The notes beneath the pieces were generated by a model. That model saw nothing but the letters and a program-made list of their open reading frames with translations, was not told the origin of the DNA and did no database searches. Of a DNA stretch of 64,000 bases, positions 19,201-27,557 are shown piece by piece. Source of the stretch: a virus (taxonomy: Duplodnaviria; Heunggongvirae; Uroviricota; Caudoviricetes); the IMG/VR virus record IMGVR_UViG_3300006204_000001, one strand, 5' to 3'. Numbering within the stretch: position 1 is the first letter of the stretch; each line of letters starts with the position of its first letter. The translations under genes and the position numbers were made by a program.

Positions 19201-21490
19201 TAGATCTTGGTCTTTTTATCCATCTATCAGAATAATCATAATCATCCATTATTTTTACTATATAATCAAAATAAGATGGTATCCATGTTTTATTAAGATA
19301 CATTTCATAATTAGTAATTCTTTTATATCCTAAAAATTTTTCATTGATACTTTCTTCTAATTTAGATATAGCATCATCAAAAGGAAATTCATAATGTTCA
19401 CTTTTTAAATATGTAGCTATACCTAATTTGAAATATGGATCCATTGTTTCTAAAAATAATTTGTTAAATCTTTCATATGAAGGATTATCAATTATATACT
19501 CTATAATTTGCCATCTAGTATTCGTTGTTAATAATCCTTTATATATAGATTTTATTCCCATCCAATAGAATTTTTCCATAAAAATATCTCTATAAACTGA
19601 TACTTGATCAAAATGATATTCTTCTATATCGTTATCCCATATAGGAGATGATTCTATAATATCTCTATATTGATCTAATACATTCATAGTATCATTATAA
19701 AAGAAAAATGATTTAAAAATTCTATTCAGAGTAGGTTCTTTTTCTTTTCCATCTCTGAGTAAATATACATCAGGAAAATGATTTTCTACTATCAAAGGTG
19801 ATGGTCTCCATACTTTATCATCAGGGAAATATTCAAATGTCCAAAAATCGCTATTTTCTATAGGTCTTTGAAATCTAACTTTATCTTTATAAAAATCTTT
19901 TTCTTCCCATAATACTTTTTTACTCATAGAATGAATAATATTTACCATATAATAGCTATCAGCTAGTTCTCTAGGTATAAATATACATGGTGATATCATG
20001 AACCAAAAATCAGATTTACCATCTACTATATTATCAGTAGGAAATCTATCTAATAAATCACTTGAGCTTCCTTCATTTCTTAATTGATCCATAGCTATTA
20101 TAAATCTTTTATAGAATTTTTCATATTCTTGATCATATTCTATCAATAATACATCTAATAAATCATGATCAGCTTGATGTATTTTTTCCATTATATCTAA
20201 TAATTTATCAATATAATCATTAAATCTATTATCTGCTATATTATCCTCTAATAAATAGAATCTAAATTCTTCTATTATATCAGCACCTTTAATAGTTAAA
20301 TCTCTAAGATTATTTATATAATCTACTAAGGATTCATATGGTTCTTCAAATTCTACAAAAGCATCTGATAATACTATGGGTCTAATAATTTTAGTCCATC
20401 CATCAAACTTTTCTTTCATGTGACCATTAATATCAACATAAACTTGTTTATTAGTATCATTCTTATTAATTTTTGCATGTTGTACTATATAATTTTTCAT
20501 TGTTGATACTGGTTGAAAATTAGGTTGATATGGTCTATATATAACATCTGTAGGTAATAATACTGGATATTCATGAAAGTATTTAGGTACCATTATAGAC
20601 ATCCATAAATATTCTTTCGCTTCTGAATTAATAATTTTTTTATTAAAATCACTAATAGAATTTAAATTAATATATCCATCCTTTATATTTAAAAATTCTA
20701 AATTATCGCCTAATGCATCTATATATTCTGCATTATCATTTCTTTCATTAATATCAGCAATTCTATTAATAGCTACCATAATTTTATCAACATTAGTAAT
20801 TCTACTATCATTAATATAATTTATAGGTAACAACCAATTCCATTGATTATTACATAATTCTCTACTAATTTTTATTCTACATGAAAAATTAGTATCGAAT
20901 TTATAGATATAAACAGGATAATTATTTTTTACCCAATGATCGTAATAATCAAATCTTATAGTAACTTCATGATCATCTATTCGTAATAAATATTCTGAAT
21001 ATATTCTTTTATTAATAAATAATAAACATGCAAATTTGAATATATCCCAATTATTTAGTATATCCTGAATATCTATCCATTTTCTATAAAACTGTGATAA
21101 TTTAAATTTATCACGTTGAGATGGTGGTATAAATTGATCTATAGGAATCACAAAATCACATATATTTACATTTTCTAATAGATTTAAATCTTTCATTCTA
21201 CCATTCCATTGATAAAAATTACAACTATCATGATTACTTGCTTTTAGTTTATGACTATTATTCAAATAAATATCTTTTAAAGTATTTCTTAATGCTTCTT
21301 CATTAAAAGAATTATTCAATACAGCTTCATTTCTAAATATAGATGATCTACTACCATCTTTATCAGGTATATGATATCCTTGTTCTATAATATCATTTGT
21401 ATTGAATAATTGAGTAGCAGTAGAAGTATATTTATCAAATGCTTCACTATACCATTTTGGATCAAATGGACTCCATCTGTCTCTATCCAT
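13274..21490 (-). CDS. giant hypothetical protein (2738 aa), probable virion/structural protein
   Basis: 8.2-kb uninterrupted ORF with strong codon-bias consistency; no catalytic motifs recognised (no DxDGD, no Walker motifs). Confidence 0.7.
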   Translation of the reverse strand: MDRDRWSPFDPKWYSEAFDKYTSTATQLFNTNDIIEQGYHIPDKDGSRSSIFRNEAVLNNSFNEEALRNTLKDIYLNNSHKLKASNHDSCNFYQWNGRMKDLNLLENVNICDFVIPIDQFIPPSQRDKFKLSQFYRKWIDIQDILNNWDIFKFACLLFINKRIYSEYLLRIDDHEVTIRFDYYDHWVKNNYPVYIYKFDTNFSCRIKISRELCNNQWNWLLPINYINDSRITNVDKIMVAINRIADINERNDNAEYIDALGDNLEFLNIKDGYINLNSISDFNKKIINSEAKEYLWMSIMVPKYFHEYPVLLPTDVIYRPYQPNFQPVSTMKNYIVQHAKINKNDTNKQVYVDINGHMKEKFDGWTKIIRPIVLSDAFVEFEEPYESLVDYINNLRDLTIKGADIIEEFRFYLLEDNIADNRFNDYIDKLLDIMEKIHQADHDLLDVLLIEYDQEYEKFYKRFIIAMDQLRNEGSSSDLLDRFPTDNIVDGKSDFWFMISPCIFIPRELADSYYMVNIIHSMSKKVLWEEKDFYKDKVRFQRPIENSDFWTFEYFPDDKVWRPSPLIVENHFPDVYLLRDGKEKEPTLNRIFKSFFFYNDTMNVLDQYRDIIESSPIWDNDIEEYHFDQVSVYRDIFMEKFYWMGIKSIYKGLLTTNTRWQIIEYIIDNPSYERFNKLFLETMDPYFKLGIATYLKSEHYEFPFDDAISKLEESINEKFLGYKRITNYEMYLNKTWIPSYFDYIVKIMDDYDYSDRWIKRPRSTFDIKRFLPILQQTQIDIKNELREINLIIKWILEMLDRESYNLNISNITDLKEYVSIMENNMKEVIDNTANLDLDIYSIDDINIIIRLLSLHKTLTDAINGMQMNIYNDTIEKKVYIQKRMDIENIVTSIIELKLHIDHMSDIIQTFDMEKFMKVTNDLETYFVYNKVNLNDKSLLGHINQFNDPWSVDVKEKRNKLFQSTAILYGNFDSEKSYTYEEIDEFLTSLDNVMTDTIEFKDSINNFYEKFDYEVDKTVIDRLDQISYMLYNDFIVIIERYKGYREELLECINTIETLLSELEKYNISDTEKSYLSTILADLSKIIYALSYIAGINNAKDANNAYDDIQNNISKWMEFINTEESVFLSIIDFTNPENKYLINIEEINKTLTVLMEYMDSVNIEYKPDIQCPTYSDIYEIDKIEMVSGGFKHQEGDYVFIKNLGTYQIDSIENNICIASSISEVNYRTTSFRDPCWQQYIYDSITSGDGMGIMIKAISSKHTVIINDEIVDQIIMSIKNGLYLIRKNLKSYNSYNNNTFEHDLKTLSDIETKWSNILDDFGTHISNNSKQYVDQLIQPLSGLIESCNRFMERRNHITIGELLSQINEFIKDIYKYANNNDLVNKDFIYYSDKFKLIRNKLSEFYGNGTTWENGKKLSDILTEVNLGIVFYKENVLDIFEINPDIENFIDEFNNIIKFISFIKSEIISIPSTISTMIDPTIERLEKNIKNKPELQKDKWYMFHKAGIAESGIGYRVGDIVEIIPQLPTDKNGNEIHDMEDIILNDVILLQVMKVEYGEVVEVEPMMNYAIPYLIWGIRETITRVGIGNGLKIDAYSYEIGIGDMTYFNPLKADILTLPQFNENDLFMYKFENIHDLNIKYDVFLGGNQITNYIHRHFTIDELAENHMQPRGIDAIYINANQLMELQKSKLDITNSHSFIYRLDRLDVKDPGAGYAVGQNIYVDVGEFAIKLRVTELDGTPFKGIKEVALINENINIDESTDCNEAKVINDTLNNIDDEFHNCKYDLLPQEGITKPATSSFANITITTKRYTDTESGDRNEKFLYPDVSIPGPTDKTTYGDSDEGWYQGSRIDNSVSNTKDERVWNGIQNVIPPSDNIISDEKRLPPNQPLKGEYQSIVRQRIHNSEGETNNLTNKKYHNGSILNSAMTKGDITVATYNDIPKHINDYPGIKVGKVVIVLTDETNNSHRTLYTVRTFSPNGYIVYDLPEICDMSWNHFLVDWMNIDCYQDYPTMKAQYPSADWRAENTYMNIENSILEGRVIGTSMPKIMNNTSYIKDITVNDISVFNWTKHEWEDLHSEKWELIVTEDIDNKIFNFKLFYYEEGIYSYDMELFLNKTPETLKKNAVLKKDAIFSIKTTIVGEVNKQAIDTLVHTGRHLRIRKLFPYEQTESYTIGFDRNGEFLGYEMDFKIANYMHFKNELHLEDIKVYNRTAGRYEDILDRSLFEVRFKDDKSETQGWETNTRILQSLIGKSGANFHDGPVWCYNSEYDVTVFGIVTADYKKDGHIITFKPIHFINAPEENIALEFNVFQKDFQTEVQMAIIVIEFITEKVEVFGDGYIHNVINPLAPLPKEFKIISQLDLNRPFEYDIILDKTPKRYTFIEPKWLMNPTFHIKNENVPQDRVYILTEKGRFPLINPSTNKPTLHVVNTQNGTDVTFMNLYRRYEHMNICVTPYPMRSVYVKRRIPSHGFINLKGKLNKPLNKKYFEFWVNGKLLHDEVTIITPTKLILHGLKSLKNFEIIEINRDSNEYFSDNFYEVETSTYGRPYYGWDYDTYLDAALECRLGKDNYTEEEQEYLLSPIWKQVSEDHPEFKNYPPNVDIEDDVLLRTNPEDYPINDLENPSYQFLVINQPTLEGKAIVEQTLTFRHFGYIPITNQMLIDIMNEVWGDEINDNPYFPEHTVLTNDDWYGLSTRLYDEYGVLVHILNNAAYHVTGRSMLKINTKNKISRIIPNPVIYDLT

Positions 21491-21584
21491 ATTATTATAT
21501 CCTCCTTATTATATTACTCTATGATAACGTTATAATTGCGTTTAACAACTAATATCTTTAATATTTATTATAGGAGGATAAAAA

Positions 21585-22748
21585 ATGAGTGAAGTTAGTT
21601 TAGCAATGGAAATGAATAAACTTAATAGTAGAATAGAAGAATTATTATCTAGAATAGATGAATTGGATAAAAAGGTAACTTCTATAGAATTGAATGAACA
21701 AAGATATCTTAAAAAGAATAATCCTATATCACCAGCTATGGGTATTAAAGTTGCTTATGATGAAAATGGTTTAATTAAAACATCTATGGGATTATTATCA
21801 TCTGATCTACCAGAGATTACTATACCATCTATTACAGGATTACAAGAAGTGTTGAATAATAAAGCTGATATTAATGATATACCTAATATAGATCATATTA
21901 AAATTCGTAGTAATAAAATTTATGCTACTGGTACTAAAATTAATTATGATGAGAATGGTTATATCATATCATCATCTGAATTATCTACAGATGATATTCC
22001 AATTTTACCCATATCAAAAATAGAAGGATTATCTGATGCTATAGAATTAGCTATGAGTATTAGTAGTAGTTATAATGCAAAACCTTTAGTAGAAGATTTA
22101 CCTCAGGAATCATTTCCTGCAGGAATATATACTAAAGTTAATATAGATAGTATGGGTAGAATAATTGCTGCATCTAATATTACTATAGAAGATATTCCTG
22201 ATGAATTAGTATCTAAAGTTAATGTTATAGAAAGTATGATACCTAATTTAGCTAGTCAAACATCTATAGATGGATTATCAGCATCATTAAATAATAAATT
22301 AGATAAAAATTTACCTGTAGAACCTGGTACATATACTAAAGTTACTATAGATAAACAAGGATTAGTTTTATTAGGGAAGAATTTAACTAAAGAAGATTTA
22401 CCTGATATCGGTATAGATGATATAGATGGATTAAGATTAGAATTAAATAATAAATCTACTATAGAACAATTTCATGATTTAAATGAATCTATGCAAATAT
22501 TAATGAGATCTATCAATGATATAGGTGATTTAATTAAACTTAAAAATGAATTACCTAAATTAGTTAGCGATGAAAAATTTAGATTATTGCAAGATGAAGT
22601 ATCATTATTACATTCTACATTTGATGAATTAAATGAAAAAATACCTAATGATACGATATTAGAGCAGTTAAAAGTAATAACTACTAATTTATCTAATTTT
22701 AATCAAAGATTATCAGTAATGGAAAATAAAATGGGAGTGACCGTATAG
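21585..22748 (+). CDS. coiled-coil protein with four ~45-aa internal repeats (fibre/needle-like)
   Basis: Repeats ..YDENGxI..S..L...DxPxI.I..IxGL..; N- and C-terminal heptad-like segments; RBS TAGGAGGAT. Confidence 0.55.
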   Translation: MSEVSLAMEMNKLNSRIEELLSRIDELDKKVTSIELNEQRYLKKNNPISPAMGIKVAYDENGLIKTSMGLLSSDLPEITIPSITGLQEVLNNKADINDIPNIDHIKIRSNKIYATGTKINYDENGYIISSSELSTDDIPILPISKIEGLSDAIELAMSISSSYNAKPLVEDLPQESFPAGIYTKVNIDSMGRIIAASNITIEDIPDELVSKVNVIESMIPNLASQTSIDGLSASLNNKLDKNLPVEPGTYTKVTIDKQGLVLLGKNLTKEDLPDIGIDDIDGLRLELNNKSTIEQFHDLNESMQILMRSINDIGDLIKLKNELPKLVSDEKFRLLQDEVSLLHSTFDELNEKIPNDTILEQLKVITTNLSNFNQRLSVMENKMGVTV

Positions 22749-22768
22749 GTCACTCTTTTTTACTTTTT
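22737..22768 (+). terminator. rho-independent terminator GTGACC-GTATA-GGTCAC + TCTTTTTTACTTTTT
   Basis: Perfect 6-bp stem incorporating the TAG stop, followed by T-run. Confidence 0.65.
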
Positions 22769-22844
22769 AATACAAAAAATAATTACTATAATAAATCTTA
22801 TAATAATTTTTATTATTTTTTCTTATTAAGAAATACTCCCGAGA

Positions 22845-22960
22845 ATTATTTTACGCAAATATTAGTAGATATATCAATATCTACTAATAGTAGTATGACG
22901 TAAATATCTTTAGGATTTTACGTCAAACTAACGTTTTACGTAAAATATATCATTTAAAAT
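22845..22960. promoter_or_regulatory. regulatory region: 28-bp perfect palindrome flanked by four TTTACG(T/C)(A/C)AA repeats
   Basis: ATTAGTAGATAT-ATCA-ATATCTACTAAT at 22861-22888; TTTACGCAAA (22849), TGACGTAAAT (22896), TTTACGTCAAA (22917), TTTTACGTAAAA (22934). Confidence 0.45.
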
Positions 22961-23105
22961 TTGACCTTTTGAAATGGCTAAAAAATTTGTGCGTTAAAAC
23001 GGCAGGTTCATATAAAAAGTATTTTTTATATGAATTTTATTTATATATTATAATTATATAGATACATATGTTATGTATGAATAAAAAGAAAGAGAGGTTG
23101 TAAAA

Positions 23106-23816
23106 ATGAGTAAATTTGAATTACAAGATAGAGTATTAATTAATACTTATCCTGAAAAAAGAAGAGGAACTATTGTAAAATATATTGAAGAAAATAATTT
23201 GTATCTTGTAGATATTGATAGTAAATTATGTGGTAATTCAATGTATAATATTAATTTATTTAAAGAGGATGAATTGGAAAAATTAAATATTATGGATGAA
23301 TATGTAGATAATAAATCAAAAGATTTATCTATATTTGAGGAACATGATGATTATCTTACAGAAATGGCAACTATTATATTTACCAATAAATATAATATTG
23401 CATTTAATAATGAGACTGATAGAGCTGGAATTGCATATTTTAAAGTATATGATAGCGGTAAAATCAGTACTGCAAAAAGAGTTGCTAGATTACATTTTAA
23501 AGATAGTGGAATGGAATATCATAAACATGATAGACTTAAAAAAGAGATATGGAAATTAACATTAAATGAGGCTAAAGAAATTATAGAAATATTAAAAATG
23601 CCTCATAAAGAACATGATTCATTATCAAATTGGGTTATTCTATGTTATAGATGGAATTCAGATAATGGATTAATTCCATATAATGCTACATTAAACTACT
23701 ATTTAAATGGTAAATTTGATCATCAAAAGTTCTTAGATGAAAGATTTGAGAAAATGTTTATTCCATCAGATACTCCAATTCCAGATCCATGGATATATAA
23801 TAATCTAAAGAAATAA
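23106..23816 (+). CDS. hypothetical protein
   Basis: 236-aa ORF, RBS AGAGAGG. Confidence 0.5.
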   Translation: MSKFELQDRVLINTYPEKRRGTIVKYIEENNLYLVDIDSKLCGNSMYNINLFKEDELEKLNIMDEYVDNKSKDLSIFEEHDDYLTEMATIIFTNKYNIAFNNETDRAGIAYFKVYDSGKISTAKRVARLHFKDSGMEYHKHDRLKKEIWKLTLNEAKEIIEILKMPHKEHDSLSNWVILCYRWNSDNGLIPYNATLNYYLNGKFDHQKFLDERFEKMFIPSDTPIPDPWIYNNLKK

Positions 23817-23832
23817 TAAAGGGGGATAATAA

Positions 23833-23994
23833 ATGTTTAATATAGGAGAAAAAGTAAATATTAAAAAAGAAGATGATAGTATAATCAACGGAATTATTAT
23901 AGATTACTATCCATTAAGTAAAAGATATTTAGTAAAGTTTGATAATGATCTATATCGTATGATATTAGAGGATTTTATAACAAGAAATGAATAA
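23833..23994 (+). CDS. small hypothetical protein (53 aa) resembling N-terminus of 23106 gene
   Basis: RBS GGGGGATAATAA; GEKVNIKKEDDSIINGIIIDYY ~ QDRVLINTYPEKRRGTIVKYI pattern. Confidence 0.35.
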   Translation: MFNIGEKVNIKKEDDSIINGIIIDYYPLSKRYLVKFDNDLYRMILEDFITRNE

Positions 23995-23996
23995 AA

Positions 23997-24037
23997 AATA
24001 AAGGGTGATTCAAATCACCCTTTATAATTATTTTTTT
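23997..24037. terminator. terminator AAAGGGTGATTCAAATCACCCTTTATAATTATTTTTTT
   Basis: hairpin + T-run. Confidence 0.65.
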
Positions 24038-24044
24038 ACAGATA

Positions 24045-24185
24045 TTAGTAACCTCTGTAGGTCCACCGTAGTTTTCGACGTCGGTCCGGTCTTCAATAGC
24101 TAATCGGGCACCGTGCAATAAGTGTTCCATAAAGTTACGCAAACTCTATGCGAAAGTCAGTTGTCCTCCTTAACGATAAATATTA
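24045..24185. other. GC-rich (~50%) non-coding block in convergent spacer - candidate structured RNA / element of unknown nature
   Basis: Composition sharply different from surrounding ~25% GC DNA; no ORF; local stems (ACCG..CGGT, CGCA..TGCG, GACGTC palindrome). Confidence 0.2.
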
Positions 24186-24310
24186 TATCTTAATAGATAA
24201 ATTACCTCGACTCCTATATTCATTTATCCAATATAATATCCACGACCATATGGGCTCACCATTATGGATTTAATTATTTATATACATTTTTAGAATATAT
24301 AATTTAATTA

Positions 24311-24919
24311 TTATGATATACGATTTAAAAGGATATCACCCAATAATGTTTTTACTTCTATTCCTTCATCCCCAATTAAATTAAACCACATCACATCTGA
24401 TATATCACTAATATGTTGATCTGTATTAAATTCAAGATATTCTCCTTGGTTATCTACTTTATGTGATCTGATAGTTACTTTAGTCCTATTAAAGAAGCTA
24501 AATGATACAATCTTTTTTAGATTAACCATATCATTAGTTGCTTTATATAAAATACATCTTAATCTATCATCTGATACTTCTATAACCCATTTAGGAAATC
24601 CTTCTGTATTATTACAGAATAACAATTTGAAACCTTCCATATTAACATCGCATTGATCAATATATAGAAATAAATCTGCAAATGTAATATTTTTTGTTCC
24701 TGTAATATTCATATAAATATCTTTTACATTATTAATATCCTGATTAGAATAGTTCATTAATCCATCAATAATATAATCCAAATTAAATTCTTTATTGTAT
24801 GAATTAATTTTAACTCCAGTAGTAGGAGTAACTAAACATACATTAATATTTCTCTGCCTAGCTAATTCCATAACTTCATTCATAAACTTTACTTCATTTT
24901 CATTCATTTCGATTTTCAT
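24311..24919 (-). CDS. hypothetical protein
   Basis: 202-aa ORF. Confidence 0.45.
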   Translation of the reverse strand: MKIEMNENEVKFMNEVMELARQRNINVCLVTPTTGVKINSYNKEFNLDYIIDGLMNYSNQDINNVKDIYMNITGTKNITFADLFLYIDQCDVNMEGFKLLFCNNTEGFPKWVIEVSDDRLRCILYKATNDMVNLKKIVSFSFFNRTKVTIRSHKVDNQGEYLEFNTDQHISDISDVMWFNLIGDEGIEVKTLLGDILLNRIS

Positions 24920-24950
24920 ATTTTTTTATCTCCTTTTTATTTATATTTTA

Positions 24951-25355
24951 TTAATTTAATAAATCAATTAATAAATTCTGAATTGTAGATGCATAAATAC
25001 CAAAATATTTTATATATTTATCATCTAATATGCTACGATTTAATTCTGATACTATACCTGGAATTATTTTATTATCTTCTTTATATAATAGCAACAAACC
25101 AACATGCTCATCATCTATACCATATTTGAAACTTTTCCATCTGAATTGTATTATGGGATATCTGTGATTATCCCACTCTTCTTGTATACATAATGTAACA
25201 TGTTTCTTTGGTCGTTTCATACTTAATAACCAAATTGGATATTGATCTTTTGGTGTTAATATTAAATTTTGATTTTTATCTTTTTCGCAATTGATACAAA
25301 ATTCTTTTAAATCTTTAAATGTTTTATTTGTTATTACATTATTCATTTTAATCAC
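24951..25355 (-). CDS. hypothetical protein
   Basis: 134-aa ORF, 4-nt overlap with upstream gene. Confidence 0.45.
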   Translation of the reverse strand: MIKMNNVITNKTFKDLKEFCINCEKDKNQNLILTPKDQYPIWLLSMKRPKKHVTLCIQEEWDNHRYPIIQFRWKSFKYGIDDEHVGLLLLYKEDNKIIPGIVSELNRSILDDKYIKYFGIYASTIQNLLIDLLN

Positions 25356-26446
25356 CCTATTAACCCTGGTAAGTTTATTGGAAATTCTAAAAATCTTCTA
25401 TTATTTAAAGATTCCAACGATTGTCTATCTTCTTTATCAACTATTTGCATTTTAATGTTATCTATATCTAATTCAGATAATATTGAATATTGTGTATCTA
25501 TAGAAGTACATTTGAATGCATTCTTGATATCTTCTCTGTATGTTTCAGGAAACAATTGTATTATAGAATCTAATGACTCAAAATCTTTTAATATTACATT
25601 ATTTTCTATACCTTGTTTCAATATTTTCATAAATTTTCCATAACCAAATCCCTTAGCAGATTTAATATTTCGAATTTTACTTCCTTTTATAGATAATAAT
25701 AATCTATAATACATTTCTGAATTAAATATTGATAAATCAAATGGTGATTCATCTTTAACTATGCTTTGTACAGTACAATCTATAGATGATGTTACTTCAA
25801 AATTACCATATTTTCTTTTAATATAAATTACTAAGAAATTTGGATTTAACATATATAATGTATCAAATATATCTCCTGTAATAATAACATTTTTACTATT
25901 AGAAAATGTTGATACTATATATGGTATAATACTACTATCAAAAGTTTTAGATTTTAATAAATAACAATTATTGACATAAGTCAATATTAATTCTAATTCT
26001 GGGATTATAATTTCATTCATTAAATTACCCATACTTTTGAATTGTGGATTAGTCATATATCTATTATGATAAAAATTTCTATAATATTTATTATAAATTT
26101 CCATCTGTTGTTTATTTTCACTTAAATCTGTAAAGTAAAAATATAATTTCACATTACATTTTTCTTTTTGAAAATACATTCTGTAATTAGCCATTAAATT
26201 TAATATAGCCGATTCTAATTCTAATACAACTTGTTGTTTCTTAAATTGAATTAATGTATTTAATCCTTTTTGCATATTGAGATTTCTTAATATACATTCT
26301 AGATTAATAAACACATTTACATCATCACCAGGCAATATTTTATATAGATGATTATGAATATGCTGGTCTAACAGATGCCATTTCAACATAAATGATCCTG
26401 CACTAATACCAATATTCACTTTATAATTTCCTTCCATTAATATCAT
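25352..26446 (-). CDS. hypothetical protein (in primase operon)
   Basis: 364-aa ORF immediately downstream of primase gene. Confidence 0.45.
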   Translation of the reverse strand: MILMEGNYKVNIGISAGSFMLKWHLLDQHIHNHLYKILPGDDVNVFINLECILRNLNMQKGLNTLIQFKKQQVVLELESAILNLMANYRMYFQKEKCNVKLYFYFTDLSENKQQMEIYNKYYRNFYHNRYMTNPQFKSMGNLMNEIIIPELELILTYVNNCYLLKSKTFDSSIIPYIVSTFSNSKNVIITGDIFDTLYMLNPNFLVIYIKRKYGNFEVTSSIDCTVQSIVKDESPFDLSIFNSEMYYRLLLSIKGSKIRNIKSAKGFGYGKFMKILKQGIENNVILKDFESLDSIIQLFPETYREDIKNAFKCTSIDTQYSILSELDIDNIKMQIVDKEDRQSLESLNNRRFLEFPINLPGLIG

Positions 26447-26452
26447 TCCTTT

Positions 26453-27433
26453 CTATAATTGATATTCTAATAATTCTATATTTTCTATTATAGTGCCTAC
26501 ATCTTGATATTTTATATTTTGATATAAATAAATCTTCTTAAAGAAATATTTATATCGTTTTAATAAATATTTAATTCTCTCTGGTTTTATATTGCTATCT
26601 AGATATATCCTAATAATAACATTAGAACCAATTAAACCCTTCATTATCGCAAAATCTATTGCTCCTATATAATCTGATCCTAATGTTGCTATATATGCAC
26701 TATTTATACCAGTATTAAAATTTTTATATACTGATAATATATCGAATAGCCCTTCAGCTATATTTACATAGATATCTTCTATAGTAAATAAATTAAATGT
26801 ATTTTTTATTGTATAAAATATTCTATTATCTAATGAAAATAATGGTGTTTTCTTCCATGGATCATCTTTTTCAAAACCTCTTGTTAGAAGTGTTGATTTA
26901 TCATCAGATAAAAATGATATTGTAAAGTCATTTGAAGGTAATGTATTTTTTGTTTTCTGATCACTAATATATTGAAATAAATTTTCTATCTTCCAAACTA
27001 TTTTAAATTTATCATAATCTTCTATACTTAATCCTTTTCCTAATCTTTTTTCAATATATCTTATTTGAGGAGAATCTATTATTGGTGTACCTGTAATAAT
27101 TTCAATATTAGAATCTTTTATACTTTTAATTTTTGAATATCGTTGATTTTTCATTTCTTTAATATATTTACTTTTAACACCTATTCTTTCCATAAATTCT
27201 CTATCTACTTTACCTTTAGCTCCACAATTTGCTAAAAAACAATTATAAAGTATTGGCTCATTTGGATTATCTAAATCACATTTTAAATATAAATGCATAT
27301 CTTTTGGATCATCTTGTTTATCACCACAAAATGGACATCTCATTCTATATCTTATTATACTAACTTTTTTGAAAGGTTGACAATTTTTTTCTATCTCATT
27401 TATTAAATTTATTTTTAATTCTCTATTATCCAT
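26453..27433 (-). CDS. DnaG-type DNA primase (zinc-binding domain + TOPRIM)
   Basis: CPFCGDKQ..(x28)..YNCFLANCGAKG matches DnaG zinc ribbon CPFH.E...YHCFGCGA.G; TOPRIM-like AEGLFDIL; start chosen at MDNRELK with AGGAGG RBS. Confidence 0.65.
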   Translation of the reverse strand: MDNRELKINLINEIEKNCQPFKKVSIIRYRMRCPFCGDKQDDPKDMHLYLKCDLDNPNEPILYNCFLANCGAKGKVDREFMERIGVKSKYIKEMKNQRYSKIKSIKDSNIEIITGTPIIDSPQIRYIEKRLGKGLSIEDYDKFKIVWKIENLFQYISDQKTKNTLPSNDFTISFLSDDKSTLLTRGFEKDDPWKKTPLFSLDNRIFYTIKNTFNLFTIEDIYVNIAEGLFDILSVYKNFNTGINSAYIATLGSDYIGAIDFAIMKGLIGSNVIIRIYLDSNIKPERIKYLLKRYKYFFKKIYLYQNIKYQDVGTIIENIELLEYQL

Positions 27434-27557
27434 TATACTATTATTTCCTCCTATTGCATCTATTATAAATATAATATATAATTTAAGATTATATATTATT
27501 ACAATATAACGTATAATTATATACAATATTAATATTAAATTTAGGAGGTACTTAGTA

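Noticed and set aside
13274-21490. ORFs 15216..15455(+) and 15946..16173(-) inside the 2738-aa gene
   Set aside because: Nested out-of-frame or antisense ORFs with no RBS and junk composition.
21491-21584. AACA-N6-T-like promoter motif near divergent start region of the giant gene
   Set aside because: A match could not be made consistently across upstream regions (only 32480-32500 fits). I cannot support a phage-RNAP promoter consensus from this window alone.
23335-23559. ORF 23335..23559 nested in 23106..23816, plus similar nested or antisense ORFs (25455..25643, 28157..28369, 28457..28729, 42819..43025, 43415..43603, 43910..44131, 45339..45566, 47260..47451, 47566..47787, 51084..51272, 51379..51788, 51926..52165, 53763..54080, 54490..54733, 56124..56348, 56499..56687, 58513..58776, 60094..60366)
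   Set aside because: All are overlapped by a longer, better-supported gene on the same or opposite strand and lack ribosome-binding sites.
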